Part shown: one piece after another, positions 49,714 to 62,012 of the stretch
How positions within the stretch are numbered: the first letter of the stretch is position 1
Layout of the letters: each line of letters starts with the position of its first letter
DNA from: Macrostomum lignano
Lineage: Eukaryota
Length of the DNA stretch: 64,000 bases
Reading direction: 5' to 3'
NCBI GenBank assembly: GCA_002269645.1
Contig: NIVC01004000.1
Coordinates: 1-64,000 of the forward strand
Translations under genes and position numbers: made by a program
Notes under the pieces: generated by a model
What the model was told of the DNA's origin: nothing
What the model saw: the letters and a program-made list of their open reading frames with translations, nothing else
Database searches by the model: none

Positions 49714-51251
49714 ATGCGAACTCAAAGCTTTATAGCAATTTACTTTATTCTGCTCACGATTGTCAGCCAGTTTCCAAGCGGCGGCCAATGCTGCCCGAAA
49801 GCAGTAAAATCATGTGAGTTTATCGAGTTTATGGAAATAATGCTTTATTATTAATTTGCACATTGAATGTCTGAGAAATTCAATAATTTTATTAGTAGGA
49901 AGTGAAGTCGAGGGAAGCTGTGATTGGTGAGAGCAGGCTGTGATTGGTGAGAGAAGCTGTGATTGGTGAGAGCAGGCTGTGATTGGTGAGAGCAGGCTGT
50001 GATTGGTGAGAGAAGCTGTGATTGGTGAGAGAAGCTGTGATTGGTGAGAGCAGCTGTGATTGGTGAGAGAAGCTGTGATTGGTGAGAGCAGCTGTGATTG
50101 GTGAGAGAAGCTGTGATTGGTGAGAGCAGCTGTGATTGGTGAGAGAAGCTGTGATTGGTGAGAGCAGCTGTGATTGGTGAGAGCAGCTGTGATTGGTGAG
50201 AGAAGCTGTGATTGGTGAGAGCAGCTGTGATTGGTGAGAGCAGGCTGTGATTGGTGAGAGCAGCTGTGATTGGTGAGAGAAGCTGTGATTGGTGAGAGCA
50301 GCTGTGATTGGTGAGAGCAGGCTGTGATTGGTGAGAGCAGCTGTGATTGGTGAGAGCAGGCTGTGATTGGTGAGAGAAGCTGTGATTGGTGAGAGCAGTT
50401 GTGATTGGTGAGAGCAGCTGTGATTGGTGAGAGCAGCTGTGATTGGTGAGAGCAGGCTGTGATTGGTGAGAGCAGCTGTGATTGGTGAGAGAAGCTGTGA
50501 TTGGTGAGAGCAGCTGTGATTGGTGAGAGCAGGCTGTGATTGGTGAGAGCAGGCTGTGATTGGTGAGAGCAGCTGTGATTGGTGAGAGCAGCTGTGATTG
50601 GTGAGAGCAGCTGTGATTGGTGAGAGAAGCTGTGATTGGTGAGAGCAGCTGTGATTGGTGAGAGCAGGCTGTGATTGGTGAGAGCAGGCTGTGATTGGTG
50701 AGAGCAGCTGTGGTTGGTGAGAGTAGCTGTGATTGCTACAATTTATTCAATCCTTGTTTGCAGTGAAATCGCGAGCGAAATCGTTTTTTAAGCTGAAATC
50801 TGCTAAGAAAGCCGGCGACGCGCCGGGCAACGCAAACAGGAAGTCCAGCGTTACCGACATGGATAATCCCGGGTGTAAAAATCCCTTTTTTCCCTGCAAC
50901 GAGGGCGGCCTGGTGAAATCCGTGGGTAAAAAGGCCGGTGCGGCTCAAAAGGGGAAATCAAAAAAGTCCGCCGACTTGGATAATCCCGGCTGCCAGAATC
51001 CGTTTCTGCCCTGCAAAAAGAGCGGAGGCTTCTTTAAAAGAGCGGGCGGGGCTATCGGTCCACACAAAAAGAAAATCGGCTTCATAGGTGCTGGCGCTGC
51101 CACAACCGGCTTGGCCGCTACTGGAGCTGCTGGCATTGCTCTATCCAAATCCGGAAAAAGTGATCCGACAGCTCAAACAATTGATCCCGACAGAACGGGT
51201 CTCGCTGGTGGAGCGAAAGCTTATCTTGGTATTGACAAACAAACCGCGTGA
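49714..51251 (+). CDS. Orphan secreted cationic precursor with two DNPGCxNPFxPC loops, 2 exons, 195 aa
   Basis: Exon 49714-49813 (MRTQSFIAIYFILLTIVSQFPSGGQCCPKAVKS; T|gtgagt) joins in phase to 50764-51251 (tttgcag|). The ORF-track start at 50733 is a TTG inside the intron. Confidence 0.8.
49912..50735. repeat. 19-21-bp minisatellite (GCTGTGATTGGTGAGAGCA[G]) filling most of the intron of the 49714 gene
   Basis: Tandem copies visible. Confidence 0.95.
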
Positions 51252-51994
51252 ACATTCTAATAAGTTACTGTCAGGATCCGGACTAAGTATGGTCAAGAAT
51301 GAATTTAGCAAAAAAACTGCTGTTGAAGTTTGTTAGCCATTAAGTTAAAGGAAATTATTACAATATGGTTGGCTGACGGCTATTTAATCGGGCCTTTTGG
51401 ACCAGCCTCATTACTAGCAAACAGTAAATACCATTAGCTAATCGAAGACTTTAAATAACCCGTTCACTTCTCAGTCAGCATGTCGTCAAAAGACTCTTTC
51501 TTCTCTGTGTAAAATTAAGCTAAACTATTTTTAAGTGTATGTTAATTATTTGTGCTATTTTTGTTGCTAGTTTTTGTTAGCAAACGAGTATATTGAAAGT
51601 TTTTCTTTTATAAATACATAAATGTATTATTCTGCCTAAACAATCTTTAACTCAGCGTCCAAGCCAAGGAGATGGATGTTACTACAATTTATTTTTACTT
51701 TAACAGTGTACGTGTAACAAGCTAAAATACACGCGAGTATAATGTATTTCATTTCTTACGGGAACCTAATTATAATGCCTTAGCTATTTTGAAGCCCTTT
51801 AAAATTAAAGATCTACAGTTTCCGTTTGTAAAATCTATTTGTACTTTATAATTACATGTACACATATGTACATGTATATGTACTGCATGCACGTGTTCTG
51901 CATGGGTATGATCCAATCATATTCTGTTGGGGCAGCTGAGACTTGCATGGCGCCAAGAAAAAAGTTATGCATTTTCATTGCGTTTCATCAAACA

Positions 51995-52930
51995 GTTTCA
52001 TCAATCTTTGTCGACTTCCTCAAGGCTTTCGACTCGGTGGCCCGCGGTGCGCTCCCTCACGTGCTCCGTACCGCAGTAGCTGATCTTCGCAAACATGGCG
52101 CTGTACCAGGACACGACCGCTGCGGTAGCGACGCCGACGGACCGTCGGACCTGTTCAGCACGACCTCCGGAGTGCTGCAGGCCGTGACACTCTGGCGCCC
52201 TTCTCCTCTTTGTTTTGCTGATGGACTGTGTGCTCAGGAGGCGGCGGCCTGCCGACAGCAGAGAACGGCCTTCTACTGCAAAGGCGACACCAGTCGGCGA
52301 CACCCGGAGAAGAGGCTGTTCCTCCTCGGCTACTAGCTCGGACGACCTCGCCCTGCATGCTGTCTACGACGGCCGAAGGCGCCCCAACGGCTGCTGGATG
52401 GCCTGATTGTGGCGGCTGCAAGGGTCGGCCTCGTCATCAACGCCAAAAATACCGAGGTGCTGACAGTTCCCCACGATCTACCCGCCAAGATAAGACTCAG
52501 AGACGGCACGATGGCCCTGGGACGGTGCACCAAGTGCCGTCAGCCCCTCTACTTTAGCGGGCTGGTGACGGATGTGAGCGACGACCTGGGAGACGGCGCG
52601 GCCGGCAAGGCCTGGGCCGCCTTTCGATCTGTGGGCGGAGCTGCTTTCAGAGGCTCTATTGGACAGCTTTAGGTTCCAATGGCAGCTGTTCCAGGCTGTT
52701 GTCGAGACCGCCCTCGACCCTGTACTGGGCGCTCGAGAGGCAGCTCGATGTGGCGCATACGGCTCTGATTCGTGCCGCGTTCGGCGCCCGCCGCGGCCCT
52801 GGCAGCAAGATGACCGACTCCCCGTACCAGCGAGAGCGCACCTGACGCGGCCTTCTGTCCTGCTGAGCAAGCGACGTCTGCAGCTTGCCGGGCATGTCAT
52901 CCGGGCCGAAGTCTATCTTGACAGCTGAGG
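51995..52930 (+). mobile_element. Degenerate non-LTR retrotransposon RT (RTE-like LINE)
   Basis: FVDFLKAFDSVARGAL, AAARVGLVINAKNTEVL, RLQLAGHVIRAE across frameshifts. Confidence 0.85.
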
Positions 52931-53809
52931 TTGCATGTGGATGTCATGTGCACAAGTACGTACATGTGCTTACACAGTATCCATCTGTTACATTTACGTT
53001 ACGCATTAGAACCCACGAGAAGCGCATCAGCGCGTTGGCGAATATTTATTTTTGCATAGACTTTGTTGCCATGCATCTAGAAACTTTAGAGTTAAAATTT
53101 AATCTGATCTAATTCAAAATCCAAGCAAAATATTTTTATCTACATGTATGTAAACATTATGAACTTCGACCCTTCATCAGTTCCTTGCCTGATTTGATTG
53201 CAATAAAATTGTCGTTATACGAGTACGAGCTAAAATAATCTTCGCGGCTCGCGCACTCTTTGAATGCATACCTTTTGCGGTTCTTTATTAAAGAATAATT
53301 AATTATTTGGAATTGTAGACGGCCATAAGCAGCATATGCACGATAGATAGCGCGTACTTCATCATAGTCTTGTCTGAATTCTTTAATTGATTGGCAAAAC
53401 TAGACGTGTTAACTTACTACTACTACTACTACCCAATACATGCAGTGTGAATCTAGTATTAGTAATGTATAGCCGGTGCTATTGTTCTCAGCCATGTATT
53501 AAGCCTAAGGCAAGAATCCATGACATTTAGGAAGTTAAAGTAAACTATAATACTATTATATAAGCCTAGTCTAGTCAAAGTGTGTATATGCACCTTGAAT
53601 TTTGAAATTATACCCTAAGGCTTAAATTAGGCCTAAATTGGGTTTGGGTGTAGTTTAAGTGTAGCCATAGGACTAGTCTCACAACCTATTCTAATTTTTC
53701 TTTTTTTAAAGCCTCATTTGCATTCAATCAAAAAAACACAAGCCAAGAAGTCAAAGCATTCTCTGAGTCTAAACACAAGAAAAGACATGCCTATAGGCCT
53801 ATTCTAGGT

Positions 53810-54103
53810 GGCAATGGATGGCTAGAGTTCCGGCACCGGAACCCATTTTCTAACAGCTAGGGATCCGGCAGTGCCGTATAGAAGCATATAAAGACTGGTA
53901 AGAACATATCTTAAGAAGTCTGAATATTAGAAGCATCTCATCCCAAATCTTATCATATCATCTTAAATTTTAATCTAGAACAAAATCTCAATATCAGCCA
54001 CCTATAGAAAGAAAAATATAATGTTCCATCTATATTATAATGGCACTACCGGATCCGTAGCCATTAGAAAATGGGTTCCGGTGCCGGAACTCTAGCCATT
54101 GCC
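53810..54103. mobile_element. MITE with GGCAAT termini (Merlin-like), 294 bp
   Basis: About 60-bp imperfect TIR containing GGCTAGAGTTCCGGCACCGGAACCCATTTTCTAA; flanks ATTCTAGGT and ATTCTAGGC (9 bp, one mismatch). Confidence 0.75.
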
Positions 54104-54916
54104 ATTCTAGGCCCTATTCCTAATTTTCTAAAATCAGAGAAAGTGCACTCTGAGCCTTAAAGTTGCACCTTGAAATGACATTCAAGGTACAATTTTGCAT
54201 TTGTTTCTCACAAAAAACCCAGGCTAGGCCCTCTAAATTAAGATAAAATTAGATTTAATCACATTCATGCTTTAAAATGTATTAATTAGGCCTAGGCCCT
54301 ACTTAAACTAAAGTTAAAGTGTACAATATTTAAATTAATATTGCATTACTAGGCCTATAGCAAACTATTTCAATGATCAAAGATATAATCTTTTCAGTGG
54401 TTTTGTAATAGAAAATGGAACAAATTTTTCATGCAGGTTTTCCCTTAATGAAAGTTTTAGGCACTTAAATTTTATAGGCCTAGTATAGGCAACTTTTTAT
54501 CAGTTTTTCTATAATCTAAATATACTAAATCTTTAAGTCTAAGGTTTGTTTGTTTGTATGCTTGTCCATAATGCTCTAGTTTTTTTTATAAAATCCTAGT
54601 CTCAGAATTCTAGAAATCTTTTTTATTATTCTTTAATGTTTGTATAGTGCTCTATAGGAAAAAGTTATAAAACATTGCCTCTTCCTTCTGGCAGCTGCTC
54701 TAGCAAACAAACATACATGGAAAGCGCCTAATAATACCTCTGTGGAAAGGCGTATACACTTGTCATTTATAATGCTTAGAGATGTTCCAAGATTTTGATT
54801 CTGATTTTCTTAAATTTGGAACTTTTATGAGTGAATTACAATTTCAAAATATTTAAAAGTCAAAATTTTGTCGTGTCTAAAAAGTGGCAAAAATAAACTA
54901 ATTTCTGTTACATATA

Positions 54917-55470
54917 CGAGGGTCATCCCAAAAGTTTCAGCAAACACCTACTAATTTTCAACAAACGAGTGTCAGAACAATGAACATGTCAAAAACCTTC
55001 AAAATAACTTCTATTGACTTGAATTGTGCGCTCTTAGCAGCCAGGCAACTTCTGAACGCTATCAGCAGCGCTGGATTCGCATAGGTCTTTTGCAATATGG
55101 CCGACCTTGCTGAACAGGTCATCCAGGCAATGGAAATGATGCCCTCGGAGCTGGTTCTTAAGCTTCGGAAAAAGGTCAAAATTGTAGGGACTGAGGTCTA
55201 GGGAGTAAGGAGGATGAGGCAGCACCTCCCACTGGTAGTCCCGCAGTAGGTCCTGCACAATGCAGGCTGTGTGCAAACTGGCATTGTCGTGCAGAAGGAG
55301 TGGACCAAGTTCCAGGGTCTGTGGCCACTTTTTGCATAAGGCAGGCCAAAGATGGTGAATAATGAAGCTCTGGTAGTATTGTTGGTTGATGTTTTGGCCC
55401 TCAGGAATGCAGTGGATGAGAATAATGCCAAAGCTGTTGTAGCATGCGATGATCACCATCTTGTCGGCTC
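54917..55470 (-). mobile_element. Mariner transposon 3' remnant
   Basis: TA|CGAGGGTCATCCCAAAAGTT terminus; ORF 55034-55459 with LLHDNA, HPPYSLDLSP and LFPKLK motifs. Confidence 0.9.
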
Positions 55471-55735
55471 CCTTGGTGCGCCAAGTTTCAATTGTACTAA
55501 AGTTTGTTTTTCTAAATTTTGATTACAGAAAGGCAGAAAATATCAATTTTGATTTTGGAAAGTTATCAAATTTCAATTTCAATAGAAAATGCTCCTTTAG
55601 AACATCTCTAATAATGCTAAAGCATAGTACAATAATTTGACTATTCTAAAGTGCATGTCCATGGGTTTTCAACATTTATTCCAATAGGGGTGTAGTGTAG
55701 TACTCTATGTATATGGCTTTGATTTTAATATATAA

Positions 55736-57635
55736 GAAGTGTTTCAAAATTAACAAGAATTTTGTTATAACTTATCAACTTGAAAATTCATGCAATAATT
55801 TTTCTAATATTCATGTAACATACTGCTTTAGTTCTGGCTCTATAAGCCAATACTCAACAGTAGCATCCTGTGTGAAAATCTAAACCTCAAGATAAACAAC
55901 TATAATTTTTTGTTTATAGAAAAGTGAATAAGTTAAACATGTTTACTGTGTAAAAAAACTAGTGCCTCCATCTATTTTTTAACAATTTCAAAATGTTCCA
56001 CAAAGCTGTCATTGAGCTAAATATATTTCTTATACAATATAGCTGCTTGTCAACATTCTCTTCCCAGAAGCTCATAGGCAAGAAATAAAAATATTTGTTG
56101 GCCTCCACTACAAGTTTCTCATGACTGGTGAAGGCACAACCTTGCATAGGCTTCTTCATTCACAAGTGAAAGTTAGCAATGGGGAGGTCTGGTAAATAAG
56201 CGGATAATTGAGCAGCTAAAAGCCAAGCTCTTCCACTTTCTTTATGGTGGCTGCAGCAATATGAGGGTGAACATTGTCCCATAGGATGAAAGTCCTAGCA
56301 TGTATAATGTGGCGCTTCCTTGTTAAACTCCTTGTTAAAATTTGAAGACCTTGTGCAAACAAGCTGATCTTGCAAGTAAGTGGAATTGATAGTCTTTTCT
56401 GGCAGATAGTTGACTATCAGAATACCACAGGCATCAAACCACATAGTGCACATGATGTTGCACGTCCAAGCCAACTTCATTGGCTTTGTGTATGGCTGAT
56501 AGCCCCCAGTGGCATAGGGAGGGGGGGATCAGGGGGGATGTATCCCCCCCCCCGAAGAAGAGCCTGACCAAAACTTTTTTGTTGCACTTTTTCGCTATAC
56601 ATGCTACCATGTGAGCACTTTTACCTTGGTGTATCCCCCCGTAGGAAATTCACCTTGGTGTATCCCCCCCGTAGGAAATTCCTGGCTACGCCCCTGATAG
56701 CCCCTAGGCCCCCACTGCATTGACTGTTGCTTAGTGAGTGGGTTGAACATTGGCAGCTGCATCTTATCCATGATGATAAAAAGTTGTTTAAGCTCTTCAT
56801 CACTAACTTGTTGCCACACCCACAAGTTTTCCATAGCACATTGAACTTGCTACCTTTTTGCTCCAGGGTCAACTCATGCAGCACCCACTTAGCATAGACC
56901 AATTGATCTCCTTGACCTTGAAGATGTGGCTCATAGAAGTGATGGAAAGGTAACAAACCTTAATTTTATGCATTGTAATAAATGAATTGGTGCAAAGATA
57001 ATCATAGGCAATTTCCTTGCTTTTATTGCCTGTTGACCATGCAGTGAGGACCAAACTTTGGTGCATCACCACATCCTATTGCACCCTTGTAGAATGCCTT
57101 GCAGTGAGCATAAACCCATGCAGTGATCTCCAAAGGGTTGGTTTAGGTCCCAAGTGGTTTTGTATAGCCTCTTTCCAAGTTAGACCAGACTGGCAATAAA
57201 ATGTCATTGGCCTATCCTTTGATCTAATTTCTGTGTGATCTTTTGGATGCTCTCACTTGTAACTTTAAGGCACTTTGATTAGTCCAGTCACTGAGCTAAA
57301 CATTTGCAAATTGGCATGACACTGCAGTTTAAAACAAAAAATCAAATCAGCTTTGTCTATAAATAATGGAAGAAGGAGCCAGCACTAAGAGCCAGCTTTA
57401 AAATTCAAGAATTTTTTTATAGTCTCCAGACCATAGACAAGATACATAATTTTTTTATCTCTAAGTTCAGACTTTTACGCAGGATACTACTTGTTTTGAA
57501 TTGGCTTATAGAGCTGAAACTGAAGCTATGTATTTCATGAATATTTGAAAAATTGTTGTGTGAAAACTTCAAGTTGATAAGTTCATCTGTTCAAAAGTTA
57601 TAACACAAAATTCTTGTTACTTTTGAATCACCCCG
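55736..57635 (-). mobile_element. Decayed mariner-family element with degenerate TIRs
   Basis: Inverted similarity between 55736-55820 and 57540-57635 (GGGTGATTCAAAAGTAACAAGAATTTTG); transposase fragments NPLTKQQSMQW and MWFDACGILIVNYLPEKTINSTY. Confidence 0.72.
56507..56696. mobile_element. hAT-like MITE (190 bp) nested in the decayed mariner
   Basis: Termini CAGTGGCATAGG and CTACGCCCCTG; exact 8-bp TSD ATAGCCCC at 56499-56506 and 56697-56704. Confidence 0.85.
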
Positions 57636-58007
57636 CATGCTCATATTTCAAAGCTCTGATATTGAAAATAGACAAGAATTGTATTTATAATATGTGGTAG
57701 GAAATATCAGAAGCAATTTTATTTGGTATTAGCTTTTTTAATATTCAAGATTTGGCCTATACAGTATGCACCTTTCATTGTCAAATAGTTTTATTATGTT
57801 TGGCATTGTCAGATCTATAGACATTAGTAATATAAACTTTATAGTGCTAATAATTTTATGTTTACTTCGTCATTTCTATGTTAATATCAATTTAATAAAC
57901 CCAATAAAAATAAGTTGGCTTGGCCATGAGGCACTAACTCATGTCATGTGGCCCTTGGCTTAGTTGAGTTGATTATTATAAATATTCAATTGTTAGGCTT
58001 AGCTAAT

Positions 58008-58368
58008 GGGGGCCATAGCCCAGCGGTAGCGCAGCTGCTCTAGTGTGCCAGAGACCCAGGCTCGATTCCAAGTGCAGTCACATTAATTTGGGGCTAAAAT
58101 GGAATCTTGGCTTGGCTCTGCTTATGCAATTAATGGCCTTGAGAGCCAACCCCCCAAGGCGCAATGAAGTGTACATACGTAATGATAATATAAAGTCAGG
58201 GCTGCTGTACACTCCTGTGTGAGTTTGTGCCTGCGTACGTATCCGCGCGCTTGTATGCCTGCTCAGGGGAGTTGGCGGAATGGGCAGTAATGCCTCTCGC
58301 CGGTTGTGTGCCAATGTCGCTTAAAGTGTGCCAGGGTGCACACAACCTCCCTGCCACTAATAAAAAAA
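58008..58368 (+). mobile_element. tRNA-derived SINE, family 1
   Basis: GGGGCCATAGCCCAGCGGTAG...GGCTCGATTCC head and A-rich tail; collinear with 9986-10347. Confidence 0.87.
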
Positions 58369-58567
58369 GGCTTAGCTATTTTAGATTCTTTAGTAAATGA
58401 AAATATTTTAATAGCTTTTTAAAATATAGTCAGTTAATGAAAAATACATGAAGTGTTGCTGGATAATCCAGAGGTTAAATAAGTTCTGATTAATTATAAC
58501 TAATTATGCTATTAAAGTATTGCAATAACATTACATTGCAGCCTTTGACCTTATTTATTAGTAAGGA

Positions 58568-59951
58568 ATGGAAAACTGTCAGCCATCGGTGGTGAGGCAG
58601 CTGTCAAAGGAAGTGAAGGAACTGCTGCTTCATCCACCAGAAGGCATTAGAATTGTGTTCAATGAATCCAACCTCGCAGACATCCAGGCCTATATTGATG
58701 GTCCTGTTGACACACCCTACGCTGGCGGCAGTTTTCACATCAAGCTGCATCTGGGTTCCAACTATCCTAATGAGCCGCCGAAGGGCTACTTTATCACTAA
58801 GATATTTCATCCGAATATTGCACCTCAGACTGGGGAGATCTGTGTTAACACGCTCAAACGGGATTGGACACCGGACACCGGGCTTAAGAAGCTTCTCCTA
58901 GTGATTAAATGCCTGCTCATTGTGCCTAATCCCGAGTCAGCCTTAAATGAAGATGCTGGCCGACTTTTGCTAGAAGAGTACTCTGAGTACTTTGCTCGGG
59001 CTCGACTCTACACGGAGATTCACGCGTTAAAGTGTACAGAAGGCGGCGACTCTGCTGCTATGTGAGTTTAAGTAATCATCATAGTCTATTCAGTTATGAT
59101 TTTAAGTCTAAGCATATTTCCCAAATCCCAAACCTAATCTCCAAATCCATAGCATAATCCTCAAATCCCAAATCTAATCCTCAAATCCCAAACATACTCC
59201 CAAATCCCAAACTTAACCCCAAATCCCTAGCATAATCATCAAATCCCAAAACGAATTCTCAAATTTCAAACCTAATCTCCAAATCCCTAGCGTAATCCTC
59301 AAATCCCAAACCTAACCCCAAATCCCAAAATCCCAAATATAAGTCACCAGCTTAAAAAAGCCATCTCAAATCCCAAACCTTAATCCCAAATCCCAAATCT
59401 AATCCACAAATCCCAAACCTAATCCCTAAATCCCAAGCCTAATCTCCAAATCCCAGACCTGATCTTCAAATCCATAGCATAATCCTGAACTCCCAAATCT
59501 AATCCGCAAATCCCAAACCTAACCCCAAATCCCTAGCATAATCCTCAAATCCTAAACCTAACCCCAAACTCCAAAATCCCAAATCTAAGTCACCAGCTTA
59601 AAAATCCATCTCAAATCCAAAACATTAATCCCAAAATCCAAAATCTAAGTCACCAGCTTAAAAATCCATCTCAAATCCCAAACCTTAATCCCAAAATCTC
59701 AAATCTAAGTCAGCAGCTTAAGAATCCATCTCAAATCCCAAACCTTAATCCCAAATCCAAAATTTAAGTCACCAGCTTAAAAATCCATCTCAAATCCCAA
59801 ACCGCCGTCCAGCCTGAAGGATTCCAACGAGAACGGATCTGGCAGCGACAGCTCAAAGAAGCCCTCTGCAGCGTCAGCCTCATCAACTGGAACCGCAGCC
59901 GGAGCCAATGCAGCTAAAAGCAAGACTAAAAAGGCGCTGAAACGTTTGTGA
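58568..59951 (+). CDS. UBE2S: Ubiquitin-conjugating enzyme E2 S, 2 exons, 210 aa
   Basis: Exons 58568-59061 and 59813-59951 (phase 2); FHPNI...[29 protein letters not shown], basic tail KTKKALKRL. Confidence 0.95.
59110..59800. repeat. Degenerate AAATCCCAAACCTAATC-type minisatellite in the UBE2S intron
   Basis: Diverged tandem copies visible. Confidence 0.88.
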
Positions 59952-60649
59952 TGCGGTGCGGTCGCTTAAGCGTTCAGCTGAGAATAAATGAACCGCTTTT
60001 ATTAACTTTAAATATCTAAATGGTCCTCGTTGCTTAAAATGACCTGTTACTATTAGTAGTGTGATTTACTTTCATCAAGTGTGTGTACATTTTGTATCAT
60101 TGTTTTAATACAGTAATAAACGTCAATAGCCTATACTTGTACACGGCCGATGCTTTTATTAATTTTTTTACATTCTGCTAACTAAAAGTCTTCGGTATGT
60201 ATTCTAATTTATTTCATTTTATTATTGCGTTTACCTATCTATTTAATAACAATTAAGTTGCGGCTATGCCAATTGTAGCACACAGTGCACAAAAATTAAT
60301 AATGCTTTTGTTAACTCAACTGAGTGGCGTCTTATTTTATTCCAACAACTCATTTTGTACTTGACCAATTGAAAGTAATGCTAGTATGAAATTGATTTTT
60401 CTCATTTTTTACATCCCTTGCTGCACGAGCAAATGCCAATAATTGACCGGTATTTTTTATGACAACAGCTAATATTTGTTTTCCACAACATTCGCAATTA
60501 ATGACTCAACCAATATTTGTTTAAAATGTAATAAACTGTAGCACGTATTTTAACGAACTACTTACTGACTGGTTTAATTTATATTACTGTAGTTTAATAC
60601 AATTTATGACCAGTCTGTGCATAGATACTCGTATTTTAGTAGTTTAAAA

Positions 60650-61380
60650 CAGTTCTATTACTCATTCAGTAGTCTGTCATTCCTCCCTCTATGACTCATT
60701 CAGTAGTCTGTCATTCCTCTCTATGACTCATTCAGTAGTCTGTCGTTCCTCTCTCTATGACTCATTCAGTAGTCTGTCATTCCTCCCTCTATGACTCATT
60801 CAGTAGTCTGTCGTTCCTCTCTCTATGACTCATTCAGTAGTCTGTCATTCCTCCCTCTATGACTTATTCAGTAGTCTGTCATTCCTCCCTCTATGACTCA
60901 TTCAGTAGTCTGTCATTCCTCCCTCTATGACTCATTCAGTAGTCTGTCATTCCTCTCTCTATGACTCATTCAGTAGTCTGTCATTCCTCTCTATGACTCA
61001 TTCAGTAGTCTGTCATTCCTCTCTCTATGACCCATTCAGTAGTCTGTCCTTCCTCTCTCTATGACCCATTCAGTAGTCTGTCCTTCCTCTCTCTATGACC
61101 ATTCAGTAGTCTGTCATTCCTCTCTCTATGACTCATTCAGTAGTCTGTCATTCCTCTCTCTATGACCATTCAGTAGTCTGTCCTTCCTCTCTCTCTATGA
61201 CCCATTCAGTAGTCTGTCATTCCTCTCTCTATGACTCATTCAGTAGTCTGTCATTCCTCCCTCTATGACTCATTCAGTAGTCTGTCATTCCTCTCTCTAT
61301 GACTCATTCAGTAGTCTGTCATTCTTTCCTCTATGACTCATTCAATGGTCTGACACCACTCTATGACTCATTCAGTCCTC
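60650..61380. repeat. About 34-bp minisatellite (CTATGACTCATTCAGTAGTCTGTCATTCCTCTCT) between UBE2S and EARS2
   Basis: Tandem copies visible. Confidence 0.94.
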
Positions 61381-61537
61381 TGGGGTATCACTCTCTCCCT
61401 CTCTGTAGTACTATTCAGCTCTAGTCCTAATAAGCCATTTCATAAGTCATTAGTAAAGCACTAGCAACCATGCATTAAATTATAGTTTTCTAAATATCTT
61501 GCATGCGAAAATCTACTGGAATTATTGGCCACATCAG

Positions 61538-62012
61538 CCGCCTGCGGCTCTGCTCAAGCAGCGGAGGCGGCGGCTGCCGCGAGCCTCAGCCGTAGTGGTT
61601 CGTTTTGCACCTTCACCCACCGGTCGCATGCACGTTGGCGGAGCTCGTACAGCTCTAGTAAATTTTGCCTTCGCCAAACGGCATAGCAACGGCCGGTTTC
61701 TATTACGCCTAGAGGATACGGATGCTAAGCGTTGCAAACCGGAAGCTGCTAGCGATATATTAGAGTCATTGGATTGGCTAGGACTGAGGCCGGACAATGC
61801 AGACTCAGTGCCGGTTCAGTCTAACAGGCTGGACAAATACAGAGACGCCGCTGCTAGGCTAGTGGATAGCGGCCTGGCCTATCCGTGCTTCTGCTCCGAG
61901 CACCGGCTGGAGCTCTTGCGTCGGCACCAACGGGCCGCCGGGCAGACGCCCGGCTACGATGGCAAATGCCGATTGTTGACGGCTGACGAGCGACAGCAGC
62001 TGATGGCGGCTG
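61538..62012 (+). CDS. EARS2: Mitochondrial glutamyl-tRNA synthetase, first visible coding exon; rest of gene apparently beyond the window
   Basis: VRFAPSPTG, HVGG (HIGH motif), FLLRLEDTD, AYPCFCS, YDGKCR; acceptor catcag| at 61537 and donor G|gtcagt at 62013; no in-frame ATG upstream within the exon. Confidence 0.9.

Noticed and set aside
37032-51251. Horizontal transfer of bacterial lipoproteins (lipobox-like G|C plus glycine zipper)
   Set aside because: The genes have spliceosomal introns and eukaryote-type signal peptides, and no bacterial homology is recognisable. The resemblance is best treated as analogy unless a search shows otherwise.
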